64,000 bases of DNA. It comes from the human T2T-CHM13v2.0 reference genome, Homo sapiens. The position numbers and the translations under genes were made by a program. The stretch lies in NCBI RefSeq assembly GCF_009914755.1, contig NC_060931.1. One strand, written 5' to 3'. Shown piece by piece: positions 1 to 15,315 of the stretch (position 1 is the stretch's first letter; the number at the start of each line of letters is the position of its first letter). A model generated the notes under the pieces. That model was not told the origin of the DNA and ran no database searches. It saw nothing but the letters and a program-made list of their open reading frames with translations.

Positions 1-294
<294 letters not shown>

Positions 295-329
295 TGAAGT
301 TTAAACAGACACTTCTGTCACCCTCTAGG

Positions 330-620
330 AAAGATTGTCCCAGGAAGAGGAAAGAACAAATTCAGAGTGTCTAAGGTGAACTGTACATAGCCTGTTTCAA
401 GGAACAGCAGCAAGAGGCCAGCAGGGCTGGAGCTTAAGGAGTGAAGGGAAATGTGGAAGGAGCCTGTCTGGGGAGTGAATCTGAGGTCAGTCACGCAGGA
501 TCCTGTAGAACACGGTCAGCACTTTGGATTCTCTCCTAAACCGTCAGATGGTGTCAAGCAGGGGAGTGACATGATCTAACTTACATGGTAAAAGCATCCA
601 TATGGCCACTTCGTGGCTAC
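330..620 (-). mobile_element. L2 LINE fragment
   Basis: Resembles L2 antisense (aggaacagcagcaagaggccag...gggagtgacatgatctaactta). Confidence 0.6.
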
Positions 621-737
621 AGCATTTAGCATTGTAGCCCCTCCTTCATCTTTACTTACTCTCTCATATTATTTCTGTACAATTTTTTCTCTCTGTTTGT
701 AATACAAAACAATGGTGTTATGTGAAGTAGAAATCTA

Positions 738-912
738 TAGGAATTTTTGTTTTGTTTGTTTTGTTTTGTTTTGTTTTGTTTTGTTTTGTTTTGTTTTTGC
801 AGATGGACTCTCTCTATATTGCCCAGGCTGGTCTCAAACTCTTGGCTCAAGTGATCCTCCCACCTCAGCTTCTCAAGTAGCTGGGATTACAGACAAGCAC
901 TACCAGATGAAT
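738..912 (-). mobile_element. FLAM/Alu monomer with tail expanded to (GTTTT)n
   Basis: Alu left-monomer sequence ~800-910; (GTTTT)n 745-797; TSD tagaaatcta at 728-737 and 913-922. Confidence 0.85.
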
Positions 913-968
913 TAGAAATCTAAAAACATAAGCAGAAACACTCTAAGAGGCAGAGAGGAGTTAGAAGA

Positions 969-1022
969 GTTTTTTTTTGTTTTGTTTTGTTTTGTTTTGT
1001 TTTGTTTTGTTTTGTTTTGTTT
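969..1022. repeat. (GTTTT)n microsatellite
   Basis: Directly visible pentamer run. Confidence 0.95.
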
Positions 1023-1734
1023 GGCAGTAAGCGACATAAAGATTATAATTCAAAAGGTCCAGGGTAATGGCCCAAAGGAATTCACAGATTCTTCATTAAA
1101 AACCCTGAATGCCAGTGGTGATGAGGCCTTTGGAAATGCAACTCCATTTGTACTAAGCGTAATCCCTAATTGGATTAAAATAATCATTTACCACCTGACC
1201 AGTGAAGGGAAGAGTAAATCTTCTTTAGAGGAATACATTATCTGAAGACTTTCCAATTTTAAATTATACAATAAGTTGCATTCAAAAAATACTATTTAGT
1301 CTGAAAGATAGGATTACATAAGCTATAGTTGAGGACAAAAATAGATAATACAAACAGACCCATGGACCAACCAGATGTGGAAGTTAGCTGGCCAAAATAT
1401 TAAAATACTTGTGCTTAATGTGCTCAAAAAAATGATAAACAAAATTAGCCAAAAAAAATGGAAAATTAATCAAATGAGAATTGTAATCTTTAAAAATAAC
1501 CAAATAACTTTAGGGAAAAAAAAACAAGAAGACATGATATCTGAAATAAGAACTTATAAGATAGATCTAACAGCAGATGAACAAAACAGAAATAGGGTTA
1601 CATATGAGTGAAAAACAATCAGAAACTATCCAATATCCAGTAGAAAATATCTAATCTAAAGCATAGAGAAAAAAAGTGTAAATACGAAGGAGAATGTTAA
1701 AGAAATATGAAACTTAATGAAAAAATGTAACCTA

Positions 1735-1865
1735 GTGTGGGAGGCAGCCTTTAAAATGGGTCTCAATTATCTATACCTCCTGCTACACACACACCCTTTT
1801 GTGATCACATCCCTTTGATGCGGGCTGCACCTAGTTATAATTTCTAATAAGTAGAATACTTGAAA
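1735..1865 (+). mobile_element. MLT1-type MaLR LTR 5' fragment
   Basis: tgtgggaggcagcctttaaaatgg...cccttttgtgatcacatccctttgatgcgggctg resembles the MLT1E/F start. Confidence 0.55.
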
Positions 1866-1874
1866 AGAAATGAT

Positions 1875-2000
1875 ATTTTTTAAGATAAAGCAATTGAGGC
1901 ACAAAGAATTTATGTAACTTACCACAGGTCATCCATATAACAATGGGAGAGCCAAAATTTAAGCCAGGTTTGGTTTAAGAGTCCATTTTCATAGCACCTC
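1875..2000 (-). mobile_element. MIR fragment
   Basis: Degenerate MIR core (gcaattgaggcacaaagaatttatgtaacttaccacaggtca). Confidence 0.6.
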
Positions 2001-2596
2001 TCCTAAGATGTTTTTCATGATTAGAAACAGTCATAAACTGGATGTGGAAGAGAGCTTTATTGACTTGATACAAAGTCTTCAGTTAGACTTACAGCACACA
2101 TCAAAACTGAGTGTGACATTCCAGAAGAATAACCATTTAATCACAACTATCACAGCTAATTTTTTGATGGTGCTCAGTTGCTAGCAATTGCAGTAAAGCA
2201 ATACATAAAAGCAAAGAACACCTGATTTTATTATGAGGTGATATGGATATTTATCTAGAAGTTCAAGGGAATTTCTAGGTGATGGCATTGAAAATAGCAG
2301 AGTAAGAAACTGAAAAAAAATGACTCTTAAAAAGTAACAAAAATACTGGCAAAAGTGTCAGTCAAATTTTAGTAACTTTGGAAACTAACTAAAACTTCAG
2401 AAACCAGAGGAACCCTTATTTAAGAAACATGGATCTTATTTCAGTAAAAACATTGAGCTTTGTGATAATTTAACTTCTCCTACTCTCAGCCTCCACTCCC
2501 CAGCTTAGCAGTAGCTTTGAAAATTACAGTCTGCATTCACAGCACCAGTACTAGAGAGGGCAGAATTAATTTCAGTCACAAATGATTGTAATTGTT

Positions 2597-2765
2597 GGCC
2601 AATCATGTGGCTCAGGTTTGTAATCCTAGCACTCTGGAGAACTAGGTGGGAGGATCTCTCGTGTCTGGGAAGTCAAGACTGCAATGAGCTATGTTTGTGT
2701 CTCTGCACTCTAGCCTGGGTGACCAGAGTGAAACCACGTCTCAAAATAAAATAAGATAAAATAAA
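2597..2765 (+). mobile_element. FRAM/FAM Alu monomer
   Basis: Single monomer with A-rich tail; decayed TSD attgtaattgt/attataattgt. Confidence 0.8.
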
Positions 2766-3582
2766 TTATAATTGTCTGGTAGCTTCCTGGAAAACTAGCA
2801 CAAAAGGCTCAACTTGATCTTGCCTAACTCAGAGCTCACCCAGTGCTGTAACTGTTACTTAAGGAATATTTTTTCAAAATTTTACCAAAAAAAAAACTTA
2901 TGTTTTGGTTGTTTTTCCTAAGGCAATGGATAAAAATTGAGAAAAAAAACAATATTTAAAAAATTTGGAAGTAAGGGTTGGGGAATAAAATGGTTTGAAA
3001 AATAAGGGCTTTGAAAAGCTCTATATATTTTATATACATATATATAAATCTAGAAGGCCACATACATGCCTAGAGCTGTGCACTTGCCCAGGAGAGACCT
3101 GAGAAGACTCTAATCTGTCATCTCTGCTGACCTTTGGGCTGTAAAAGCAGGAAGTTAAGCCTAAAGCATGGTTGTAGTCTTCTTGAGTACGGGCTGAGGG
3201 CATGCCCACTGTACACATAAAGCCCCTCTGCAAAGAATATGATAAGTTTTTGGTTTAGTTTTTGTTTTGGCATCAAAATAACTTTTGCTCAATAATTAGT
3301 TGACCACTAAGCTACTGTAACAGAGACTTTAGTGGTCACACACAACAAAGACACAGTCTATACAAAATTACTTCAGAGAAGTCATGAAACAAACAAGCAG
3401 AAAAATAATAATTATAATAAGCAGCAACAACAAATTCTTATGAAAAAAAACAAGGAATCTGATTGTCAGAATTTCCTCCTTATATTATACAAAATATGCT
3501 GGTTTTTAACAAAATATTACAAGACATGCAAGGAAATAAGAAACATAAACAGAAAAACATCTATTAATATACATTGCCCCTC

Positions 3583-4728
<1,146 letters not shown>

Positions 4729-5600
4729 ATTAATAGAAATTGTCTCTGAGGAAGACCAGAGAGTGAATTTACTAGACAAAGACTTAAAGTCAGCTAATTT
4801 AAATATGTTCAATGTACTAAAAAGAAAATATGTCTGAAAACATGTCTAAAAACCTACACTATAAAATCCTTTCTCACCAAAAAGGAGTTATATCAATAAG
4901 GAGATATAAATATTACAGAAATTTCTATATTTTACAAATAGAAAGAGATAGCAATTATAAAAAGGACCAGACTACAGATCTTAAGAATAACTGAAAAGGA
5001 AAATTCACTAGAGGGGTTCAACAGCAGATAAGAGAAGACAAAAAGAACCAGTAAATTTGGAGATAGGGCAAAGAAAATTTTCTAGTCTGGAGAACAGAAA
5101 AAAAAATTGAACAGAGCCTAAAGGACTTGTAGAAAACCACTAAGCATACCAACATATGCATAATGGAAGTTCCAGAATCAAAGAAAAGAATAAAAGGTGC
5201 AACAAGAATACTTAAAAAAAATTGTCAAAAAAAATTCCTAAATTTGATGAAATGCACTAATCTACACATCCAAGGAGCTTAAAAACTATAGGTAGTACCA
5301 AATGAAGAAGATCCACACATCATAAACTGACAAAAACCAAAGACAGAAATGACACAGCACATACAAGGGATTCTCCCAAAATTAACAGCTGATTTCTCAT
5401 TTGAAAACTATGAAGACCAGAAGATAATAGGATGACATATTCAAAGTGCTGTGGGGAAAAAAAAAAACTGTCAGGTAAGCTTGTTATATTCAGAAAAAAA
5501 AAACTATCCTTCAAAAATTAAGGAGAAATAAAGACATTTCCAGAATAATAAAATACAATAAAGTTCATTGCTAGCAGAACTGTATGAAAAGAAACACTAA

Positions 5601-5779
5601 TGGGAGAGAGAAAGAAATGGCACACAGTGGGAGGCATGAGTCTGTGGACCTTTTTGGAATGTTTTGGTTCTGTTTTGTTTTAAAACTGGGCAATACTGTG
5701 TTCAGTTCAAGCAGAGAAGAAAAATATATATCAATGCTTTTCAATAAAATACAGTGACTACCTGTAAAAAAAAAAAAGG
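5601..5779 (+). pseudogene. 5'-truncated processed retrocopy (3'UTR end of an unidentified transcript) or orphan transduction
   Basis: Non-L1 sequence with AATAAA at 5743-5748 and poly(A) at 5766-5777, flanked by 14-bp TSD aaaagaaaca(c/t)taa at 5587-5600 and 5781-5794. Confidence 0.75.
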
Positions 5780-7385
5780 AAAAAGAAACATTAAAGGACA
5801 TTCTTTAGGATGAAATGAAAGGATAGCAGACATTAACTTAAAGTCACACAAAGAAGTGATAAACACTGGCAAAGATCACTATGAAAAATCAAACTATGTC
5901 CTATTTAAAACAAACTCATTTTAGACACAATAGGTTAAAAGTACAATGATAGAAAAAGATATTTCATACAATTACCAAAAGAGGTAACATAGACATTAGA
6001 CATAATTTTCCAGAGTGACAAAGAAAAATATTTTATAATGGAAAAAACTGATTCATCAAGAAGATATAATGATTATAAACATATATAAACCAAATAGCAA
6101 TACGCTACTATGCATGAAGCAAAACTAATGGAATTGAAGGGAGAAATAGTCATATAGTAATAGTTGGAGACTTCAATACACAACTCTCAATAATAGATAA
6201 AACAACCGGACAGAAGATCAATAAGAAGATAGAGCATTTAACAACACTATCAATCAACTGAACCTAACAGACATCTATGGAACACTCCACTAAGCAAAAT
6301 CACATATGCATGCACATGGAACATTCTCTGGGATAGACTATATGTTACACCACAACACAAGTCTCACTAAATTTTAAAAGATTGAAATCACACAAAGCAT
6401 CTTTTCTGACCAGAATAAAATGAAATTGGAAATCAATAACAGAAGGCAATATGGGATATTTTAAAATATTTGAAAATAAGATAATCCACCCCTAAATAAT
6501 CAATGAACCAAAGAAGAAATCACAAGAAACTCATGGGATACAGTGAAGGCAGTACACAAAGGAAAATTTACATCTGTAAATGCCTACATTAAAAAGGTAA
6601 GATCTCAAATCACTAACCTAACCATTCACCTTAAAAAAGTAGAAAAAGAGCAGTAAACTAAGCCCAAAGGGAAAAAAAATCAATAAAATAATAAAGATGA
6701 GAGCAGAAATGAGCAAACTAAGTTGTTTGAAATCAATAAAGAAAATCAGTAAAAACAAAAGCTAGTTATCTGAAAAAAATCTACGAAATTGACAAAGCTT
6801 TAACTAGACTGATGAAAAATGAGAGACAGAAGAATCAAATTACTAAACCAGAAGTGGAAATGGAGATTTTATTATAGACCTTATAAAAATAAAAGAGATT
6901 ATAGGAGAATTCTATGAACAACTGAATGCCAAAAAATTCAATAACTTACATGAAATAAACAAATTTTTTAAACCATGCAAGTTACCAAAACAGACTGAAG
7001 AAGAAACAGAAAATCTGTTATTACAGCAGGTTGTTCGATTAGCAATAAAAAGAAAAAAAAAGAAAAGAAACGAAGAAAAAAAAAACAATCCAACAAAATA
7101 ACAAAATAAATCTTAGGACCAGGTGGCTTCACTAGTGAATTCTACCAAATGTGTCAAGGACAAAATTAGCATCAATCCTTATTAAACAATTCCATAAAAT
7201 AAAAAAGGAGGGATCATTTTTAGCTCACTTCATAAGGGCTTTATTACCCTGACACCAAAGTCAGACAAAGATATTATAAGAAAATCACAGTACAATATTT
7301 CCTATGAATATGATGTCTAAATCCTCAACAAAATACTAGCCAGTCGAATCCAGCAGCTTATTAAAAAGACTGTAGACTATGAAAT

Positions 7386-7797
7386 GTATTATGCAGGGCC
7401 TTTTAGAGGACTAGAATCAATAGGATGTGGGTATATGTAGAAACAAATATTTATTTTTAAGGAATTTACTCACATAATTGTGAATCTAGCAAGTTCAAAA
7501 TCTGCCCAATAGGCCCACCAGCTGGAGACTCGAGGTTAACATAACTTTGCAGCTCCAGTCCAAAGACATTCTGGAAGAAAAATTTCTTCTTCTTCATAAA
7601 ATCTCAACCTTTTTTCTCTTATGGCCTTTACTTTATTAGGTGAGGCCCACACCATTATGGAAGGTAATCTTTACTCAAGTTTCTGATTTAAATATTATCT
7701 CAAGTAAAAAATACCTTCACATTAGCATCTATACCAGTGTTTGATCAAACATCTGGATACCATGACCTAGCCAAATCGACACCAAAAATTATTCACC
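7386..7797 (-). mobile_element. MLT2C-like ERVL solo LTR
   Basis: MLT2 antisense motifs (tgaggcccacaccattatggaaggtaatc...cctagccaaatcgacac); L1 ORF2 resumes on both sides. Confidence 0.85.
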
Positions 7798-9899
7798 ATG
7801 ATGACTAAGTGGGATTCAGCCTAGGAATGCAAGGATAGTTCAATACACAAAATGATCAGTCATTATAATATGAAATATTAATAGAATGAAGAAAAAGGAT
7901 ACCATCATCTCAACTGAGGCAAAAGTCATTTGACAAAATCTCACACCCCTACATGATAAAAAATACTTTAAAAATAAGAATAGAAAGAATCTTTCTCAAC
8001 CTAATGAAGGGCATCTACTCAAAAATGTACAGCTAACATTATAATTAAGGGTGAAAGACCAAAAGCTTTCCCTCCTAATATCTGCAACTAGAGAATTTCT
8101 CCTCTTGCTCTTTCTATTGAACATTGCATGGAAATAATTCTAACCGGGCAAGAAAAAGAAATAGAAGACATCCAAATTGGAAAGAAAGAAGTAAAACTAT
8201 CTCATTTTACAGATGATGAATTACTTATAAGAACAACTAACTTATACACAGTAAAAAACTATTAGAGGAAAGAAATGAGTTCAGCATACTTAAGAGAAAC
8301 AAGAGTGACATGTAAAAGTTGTATTTCTAATCACTAGCAATGAACACTTTAAAAATAAAATTATAAAAATAAAATTATAAAATTAAAATAGCATCAAGAT
8401 TAAAAAATACTTAAAAATGAATTTTTAAGCAGCTAAAATACTATTACACTGAAGACTATGAAACATTGATGAAAGAAAAAATAAGTAAAACCTAAGTAAA
8501 TGGAAAGTTATCCATGTTCATAGGTTGAAAGATGGCAATATTCCCCAAGTTTATCTACTATCAAAATTCCAACAATTTATTGATGAAGAAATTGACTAAC
8601 TCTTCCTAAAATTCACATGGAATTTCGAGGGACCTGAAATAACCAAATGATCTAGAAAAAACAATTTTGAGGACTCAAACCCATAGGTATAAATCTTTGT
8701 GACTTTGGGTTAGGAAATGGTTTCTTAAATAAGACAGCAAACATGCAAGCAAGTAAAGAAAAAAAAAGATAAATTGAACTTCATCAAAACTAAAAATTTA
8801 TACATCAAAAGACACAATTAGGCAAGTGAAAAGGCAACTCACAGAATGGAAAAAAATGTTGGCAAATAAGTATCTTATAAGAGTCTAGTACCCAGAATAT
8901 AAAAAGAACTGTTACAACTTAACAACAAAAAGACAAACACCTCAATTTTAAAGTGGCAAAGGACTTGAATATAAATGTTTCCAAAGAAGATGTACAAATA
9001 GCTGATTAAACTCCTGAAAGGATGCTAATCTTCACTAGCCATTAGTAAGATTCAAATTAAAATCACAGCCAGATATTGCCTAACAGCCACAAGAGTGGCT
9101 GCAAAAAATATAAAATAATAAATGTTGGCAAGAATGTGATGAAATTGGAACACTCATATGTTTCTGGCGGGAAAGTAAAATGGTACAGTTTCTGTGGACA
9201 ACAGTTTGGTAGTTCCTCAAAAAGTTAAATACAGAATTATCATATGACAAAGCAGATTCACTTCTAAGAGAATTGAAAACAAATGTTGAAACAAAAACCT
9301 GTACATGAACATTTATAGCAACATCATTCCTAGTAGTCAAAAAGTAGAAGGAATCTCCATGTCTGTTAACTGATGAAAGAATAAATAAGATGTAGTGTAG
9401 CCATACAATGGCTACATCATAAATGAATGAAGTACTGATACATGCTAAATGAACCATGAAAATGTTTTGCTAAGTAAAAGAACCCAGACACAAAATGGCA
9501 CATATTATATGATTTCATTTATACGAGATGTTCAGAATAGACAAATCCATAAAAATAGAAAACATATTGGTGGTTTCCACGTACTGGGAGAGAGGGAAAT
9601 AGGGAGGAATTGCTCAATGGGTATAGGGTTTCTTTTTGGGGTGATGAAAATATTCTAAAATTAGGTAATGGTGGTGATTATACAACATTGTGCATGTGCC
9701 AAAAGCACTAAACTGTACATTTCAAAATGGTTAGAATGGTGAAATTCTGTGAATTTTACCTGCATTTAAAAATTAATACATTGGTTGAAATGCATTGACT
9801 GGAAGAGCCAATTAACATATAGAGAAGATTTACAAATAAGATGCCTTGACTTAGTGAATATGAAAGTTTATTTATATGCTATATTAAATTTGTTAATTA

Positions 9900-10470
9900 T
9901 ATAAATGATATTAATTAGACAATATGAAGATGGTATAGAAATAGACAAATGTATCAATGACACACAAATAGACCCATGAAATAATGGGTTCTTGGTGCCC
10001 AATAGCAAAGGCATTACAAATCACACAAAGAGGAATTCCTTTATTAAACAGTGCTTGGGACAATCGGCTTTCCATAATGGAAACAATAAATTTGCAGCAA
10101 TAACACCATACCTCAAAATTAGTTCCAGGTGTGTTACAGAAGACTAAATATCAAGAGAAAACACTTTTAAAGTCTTTGAAGAATATCTTCATAAAGTAAG
10201 AGCCAGAATTCTTAAATGAGACCCCAGAAGCAATAATAAGGGAAAAAGTCTCATTAAAAGAGCACAACACATTATACCATAAATAGTTTAAAACTAAGCT
10301 TCAGACTTGTAGACTGAAGCTTAAGCTCTTAAGGGTTTAAAGCTCTAAAAGTTTACCCAAGACAGAACAAAAATGAGCAACGTGGAGATTTCAGTCTCGC
10401 TAATTTAGCAGAGAAATGCTAATTAAATTATAGGAACTTTAATTTCTTAACTGTGAGATTGAAAATATTA
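9900..10470 (+). mobile_element. Very old L1 (L1ME-like) ORF2 fragment
   Basis: aaacagtgcttgggacaatcggctttccata...acaccatacctcaaaattagttccaggtg. Confidence 0.55.
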
Positions 10471-10724
10471 ACAAGTGTGACTATTAAGTCAGAATTCTTT
10501 CAACTTAATAGAAAATTAAAAGAAAATCGACTTAACAGCTGGAAAGGAAATGTCTTATAGAATTGGAAGTTTCAAGATAGTCCAAGCTTCAACTTCTTGA
10601 TCTATTGGTTGTGGCTCCATTTTTCTCTGGTTTCCTCATTTGTATGTTGCTTTCATCTTAAGGCTGTCTCTCATACATTAGCTTGAACTACACACTGTAT
10701 TTTCTTTAAGTCATTCTTCCTACT

Positions 10725-10870
10725 AACTTATTCATCTCACAACATCACGAGATCATTTCTATTACTGTACTTATTTCGCAGATGAGGGGCCTGATGTACC
10801 AAGAGGTTAACCATGCCTAAGGTTACTCAGCACGCAAGAGGCAGTTAGTTGTATTGCAGAACCCACACCC
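10725..10870 (-). mobile_element. MIR fragment
   Basis: ttcgcagatgagggg...gaggttaaccatgcctaaggttac. Confidence 0.6.
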
Positions 10871-10904
10871 TTAAATGCCGTGGTGCATTGCATTTATAAT
10901 TGAT

Positions 10905-11150
10905 TAAAACTTAATAGAGCATTTTTCACATGACAAACACTGCCAGGAATCTGGGAGTCAATGCTTACCTAACCACAAGCCCTGCCCTTGTGCAACTTAA
11001 CAAAATGGGGAGGAGGCCAAAAAGTGAAATCGTAATTAAAATACACTGTGATATGTGCTAAAGTCATAAAACAACAGAAAATATAACAGCTTCCTGGTAG
11101 AGAAACTAACTCACTCTTCGGTGACTGGCAATGCTTCCTGAATGAAAGAA
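10905..11150 (-). mobile_element. L2 3' fragment
   Basis: cctgcccttgtgcaacttaac...aatacactgtgatatgtgcta. Confidence 0.5.
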
Positions 11151-11351
11151 ACATCTACTTGACCTCCTCACAGTCTCCCTTTCTATAGTGCAAGCTCGAC
11201 TAGACAGTTTTGACAATAGTGATATTAAGGCTCTGCTTGGTGCCATGCAATCTGCATTTGGGGTGCCAGCTAGCCACAGGACTCATCTGGAAAAAAACAA
11301 CGGCCCAACCCTGAGAACTTTGGGATTCACGGGAAATTACAGTTCCCCTGA

Positions 11352-11776
11352 TGATGCAGGACCGGTAAGACCCCAAAGTTCTTGACTTCCCCCAGGAAAC
11401 AATTCAAGGGCTAGTGAGTGGTGTTAAACAGAAACTTTTATTGAAGCGGCAGTGTACAGGAGCAGCAGCGGTACTGCTCTTTACAAAGCAGGGCTACCCG
11501 CTAGGCAGGGTGCCCAGAATAGCAGCTCACAGAGAGTACAGCAGTCATATTTATACCCACTTTTAATTACATGCAAATTAAGGGATGATTTATGTAGAAA
11601 TTTCTAGGGAAAGGGTGGTAACTTCTGGGTGTTGCTGTGGTAATGGTAAAGTGACATGGCACACTCGTGCGCATGTCTTATGGAAAGGTGCTTCTGCCCC
11701 AGCCTTGTTTTATCTAGTCCTCAATTTGGTCTCGTGTCCAGGGCCCATCTGGAGTTAACTCCCACGCCCTACCTCG
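11352..11776 (-). mobile_element. ERV1 solo LTR (MER66-like)
   Basis: tgatgcaggac...ttttattgaagcggcagtgtac...tagtcctcaatttggtc...ctacctc; antisense AATAAA. Confidence 0.75.
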
Positions 11777-12989
11777 CTATCACAAGAAGGAAAAAAGCTT
11801 ACTTCCAGGGAAGCTGAGCTTTATTGCAGCCCTCCAAGTAAGACACCCAATCCTGCTCAAACAGCTCCTCCTTCTAGCTAATTATCGAATCAACTAAATT
11901 TAGTCTAATTGAACACTTCTAGGCAATTCTGCTTAATGTTTCACAGTGAATTGTATTTTGTGAGGTTTCACTTCAAACTTTACTTATTCTTGTGTCAAAT
12001 TTTAATCTACAAAATTAGGAATATAGACTTTAATATGGTAACTCTACTACATCTCTCCAATAGCACTCACAAGAAATTGCTCTTCTGAATAATTCAAGAG
12101 GCTCTACTCTGGGGAATGCCCCATGCACTGCCCACTTTGTGGTTTTCCTGCTGTGTATTATTTGCTCAGTGTTTTCCAGGGTCTACTGAAGGAATTTAGT
12201 GGCCGCAAATATTCAGACAAGCAATACATATTTATCAGCAAACTAAGAAATAAAAATTCTCAGCAAGAGGAAAAGAGGAAATATTAATAATAACTTCCAG
12301 AAAAATACCAGAAACCATCAACCAGAAACAGTGCAATTTTTATATGGATGGAATATAAAATTCCTCAAGGGAAGGGATGGGTGTTATTCATCTTTGGGAT
12401 GTCAGAAGTTGACCAGGTGCCTGCAGTAAAATAGATTTCTAATAAATTTTGGAGGCATAAATTAAATTAATTGGATAATTTTTTATTTATGCTATGAATT
12501 CAGAATTGGAAACATTTGCATAATATTTTAGATAGCATGTCCTAGGAATCACTGTCTACATTAATCCTGTTAACAAATAGCCTGAACAAGATTGCTGAAA
12601 TATTACACTGGGGCAAGAGAAGGATGTAGTAAAGAGGACACAGATTTAAAACTGGGTAACTGTGTGATATCCTGGGTCCACTCCTTCTTGTTATGTTCAA
12701 ACCCAGGAGAGGCACGACTGGCAGAGCCATCCAAACCAGGTTCTCCATGTGGACAGTCTGAGTATGGTTATACCTTGTGACCCAAGCCAAAACCAATGCT
12801 TAGCCAAAAAAGTGGAGCCAGGGAAATTCTAGGTAAGTTTGAAGGAAAGAAAAAATATTTTGGAGGAACTGTCCAATGATGGGAGCAAATGAACATCATT
12901 TTAGTATTAAGTTGAACTGAAAAAGACTACAGCCTTTTTATCAGTATTATTCTGTATCTATTTTGGAATCACAGAGAGTTGTTTGAACA

Positions 12990-13140
12990 CACTTGACTTC
13001 AGACAAGTTGTCCCATTTCCTCAGTTTCTACCATGTGCAAAATGGGCTGATTACAGCCATTCTTCTGTAGGTGGTTGGGAAGATTAAATGCAATGAGATG
13101 CATATGTAAAAAATGCTTGGCTGACCATAAGTTATTGTAA
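12990..13140 (+). mobile_element. MIR fragment
   Basis: cctcagtttctaccatgtgcaaaatggg...ggaagattaaatgcaatgagatgcatatgtaaa. Confidence 0.65.
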
Positions 13141-13964
13141 AATATAATTCATTAGTTAAGGCCTGTAGCATTTCAGACCACTTTCTGCTACTATCAGTGG
13201 ATATGACTTACTCCTTTGTTAGAGAGATTTTTAGTGTGAGTTTTCTTTCATTCCCAAATCCCATTTTCTGTAACTATGAGATATTTTTGTTTTTACCACT
13301 ATTTTCAATTATAATGTGGATACCTGTTGTCATCTTTTTATAATGAAATTTTACTGGTCTACTTATGCAGTAAAGTCTATTTGATATTTTCCATTCACAG
13401 ATCTTGTTCTAAGTTTGGGACATTTTTACACACTGAGGTTTACACTATGCTTTCATAGGGTGTTTGAAGTCATATTAATATTACCTGCAGTCATTTATGA
13501 TTACTTTTAAAAAGGAAGGCGATTTGGCAGTTAACAAGGGACATTGGTGAAGAAAACTTTCTACACTGCTCAAAGAGGCTGAGTCAGTATCTGTGGCCCT
13601 TTTTCACCATAGATGTTTCTGTTTGTTTGAAAAAGTAGTTTGTATTAGCACAGTCCTCAGAAAAAAACTACAGTTTGTGGCAGACACTGCTATTGACTAC
13701 AATGCTCCCTTCTTTACCAATAGGACCAGGATTTCACTCATCAACTGGCCTAGATTAAGGAGAAAGAAATCTACATTTCTGAACCTGGTAACGTCTGAGC
13801 ATACTCATGGAAGAAAGAGCTGGCCTATGAGCGTGAGTCATTCAACAAATATTTCTGAGTTTTTACAATGTGCTAGATACTCTTTACATGCTGAATGAGA
13901 CAGCAAAACTAAGACTGCTCAGGATAATTGAGAAATTATCGCTTTCTTCCTGTAGGCATCCCCT

Positions 13965-14173
13965 GCTTTTCACTAACACTTTTTTCTTCTTGTTGGAAGG
14001 GTGGATATTATGGCTGGAGCTGCAGCAGCCATCATGCCAACATGAGGGAAAAGCTGATGGAATTGTGGAGACTTTGGCCTTGTGATTCAGCCCTGGATGA
14101 GTTGTCTCCACATTACTTATCATATAAGAGAAAAACCAATCTATATCTTTTGTTGAAAGCCATGATTATGTAG

Positions 14174-14175
<2 letters not shown>
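13965..14175 (+). mobile_element. MLT1 (J/K-like) LTR fragment
   Basis: atggctggagctgcagcagccatcatgccaacatgaggg. Confidence 0.6.

Positions 14176-14177
<2 letters not shown>

Positions 14178-14225
<48 letters not shown>
14178..14225. repeat. (TA)n microsatellite
   Basis: About 24 perfect TA units. Confidence 0.97.
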
Positions 14226-14229
<4 letters not shown>

Positions 14230-15189
14230 TTTTTATTTTTAGAGGCTTTCCAGCAAAAAAAAAAAAAAAAAACAGAAAGACCACTAAGCAAATTCTAAAA
14301 GAGCTGTAACACTAATGTAGGTATTATTTTTAATAAGCAGAACAAAAAATTCTGAAACTGATTTCTGTTTCTTTCACATACTTTTAGGAGCCTTTTATTT
14401 ACATTGAATAAACATTGTGCCCTCCCTGCCTTATAATAATAACTGAGATGCAGGAAATTTGAAAAAGCCCATGTCTTTGAAAAGCAGGATAAAATATACA
14501 TTAAGGAATAACAAAACAGAGATTTAGAAAAGAATTCCAGAGTATTTTATAATATACTTGTTGTATAAGTGAGTGCATTGAGACTCATAGGGATTGGATA
14601 ACTTCAAATCAAACTGCCTCTTGGCAGCAGAACATAATGTAATTCAGTTTTGGTGACACCTACTTCAGTGCTATTTTCAAAAATCCACACAAACAACCTG
14701 AATTACAAAGAAAACGGCAAAAAGGAATTCAACTTATAAGTCTATGCCCTTTAGAATAAGTTTCGAGCATGCTATTTCTAAATAGTTATTTTGCTATTAT
14801 TATGTGTTTCATTGTGCAAACAATTTGGAAAACACTGTAATAGATTTAACAGGTTTGCTTCCTTAAGACTCTTCAGAGCCCCCAATTTATGAAAGTACAC
14901 AATAAATCTTGAAAAGAGAAATAGTGTACAGAATTTCTCAACTTATTTAGATTGTGGAACCTATTTTACTTGGAGCATTTTAAGGAACTGGTGTTCTGAA
15001 GAATATACTCTAAAAAACATAAGAAGTTATTAATTAACTCAAACTGTTTGTGAAATAATTTAATATTTATATATGGCAAATAATACTAGAAGGTATCATT
15101 CCATGAATACTCTAAAAATTATAACAAAGTTCTTTATGATATTCAAGAAAACTTAAGTACTAAAAAAATTTTTTTAATCTAAATATTCT

Positions 15190-15315
15190 GGCCTGGTGCA
15201 ATAGCTCACACCTGTAATCCCAGCAATTTGGGAGGCCGAGGTGGGTGGATCACTTGAGGCCAGACGTTCTAGACTGGCCTGGCTAACATGGTGAAATCCT
15301 GACTTTACCAAAAAC
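15190..15315 (+). mobile_element. Alu left arm only
   Basis: ggcctggtgcaatagctcacacctgtaatcccagc...; stops at the central A-linker. Confidence 0.85.
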
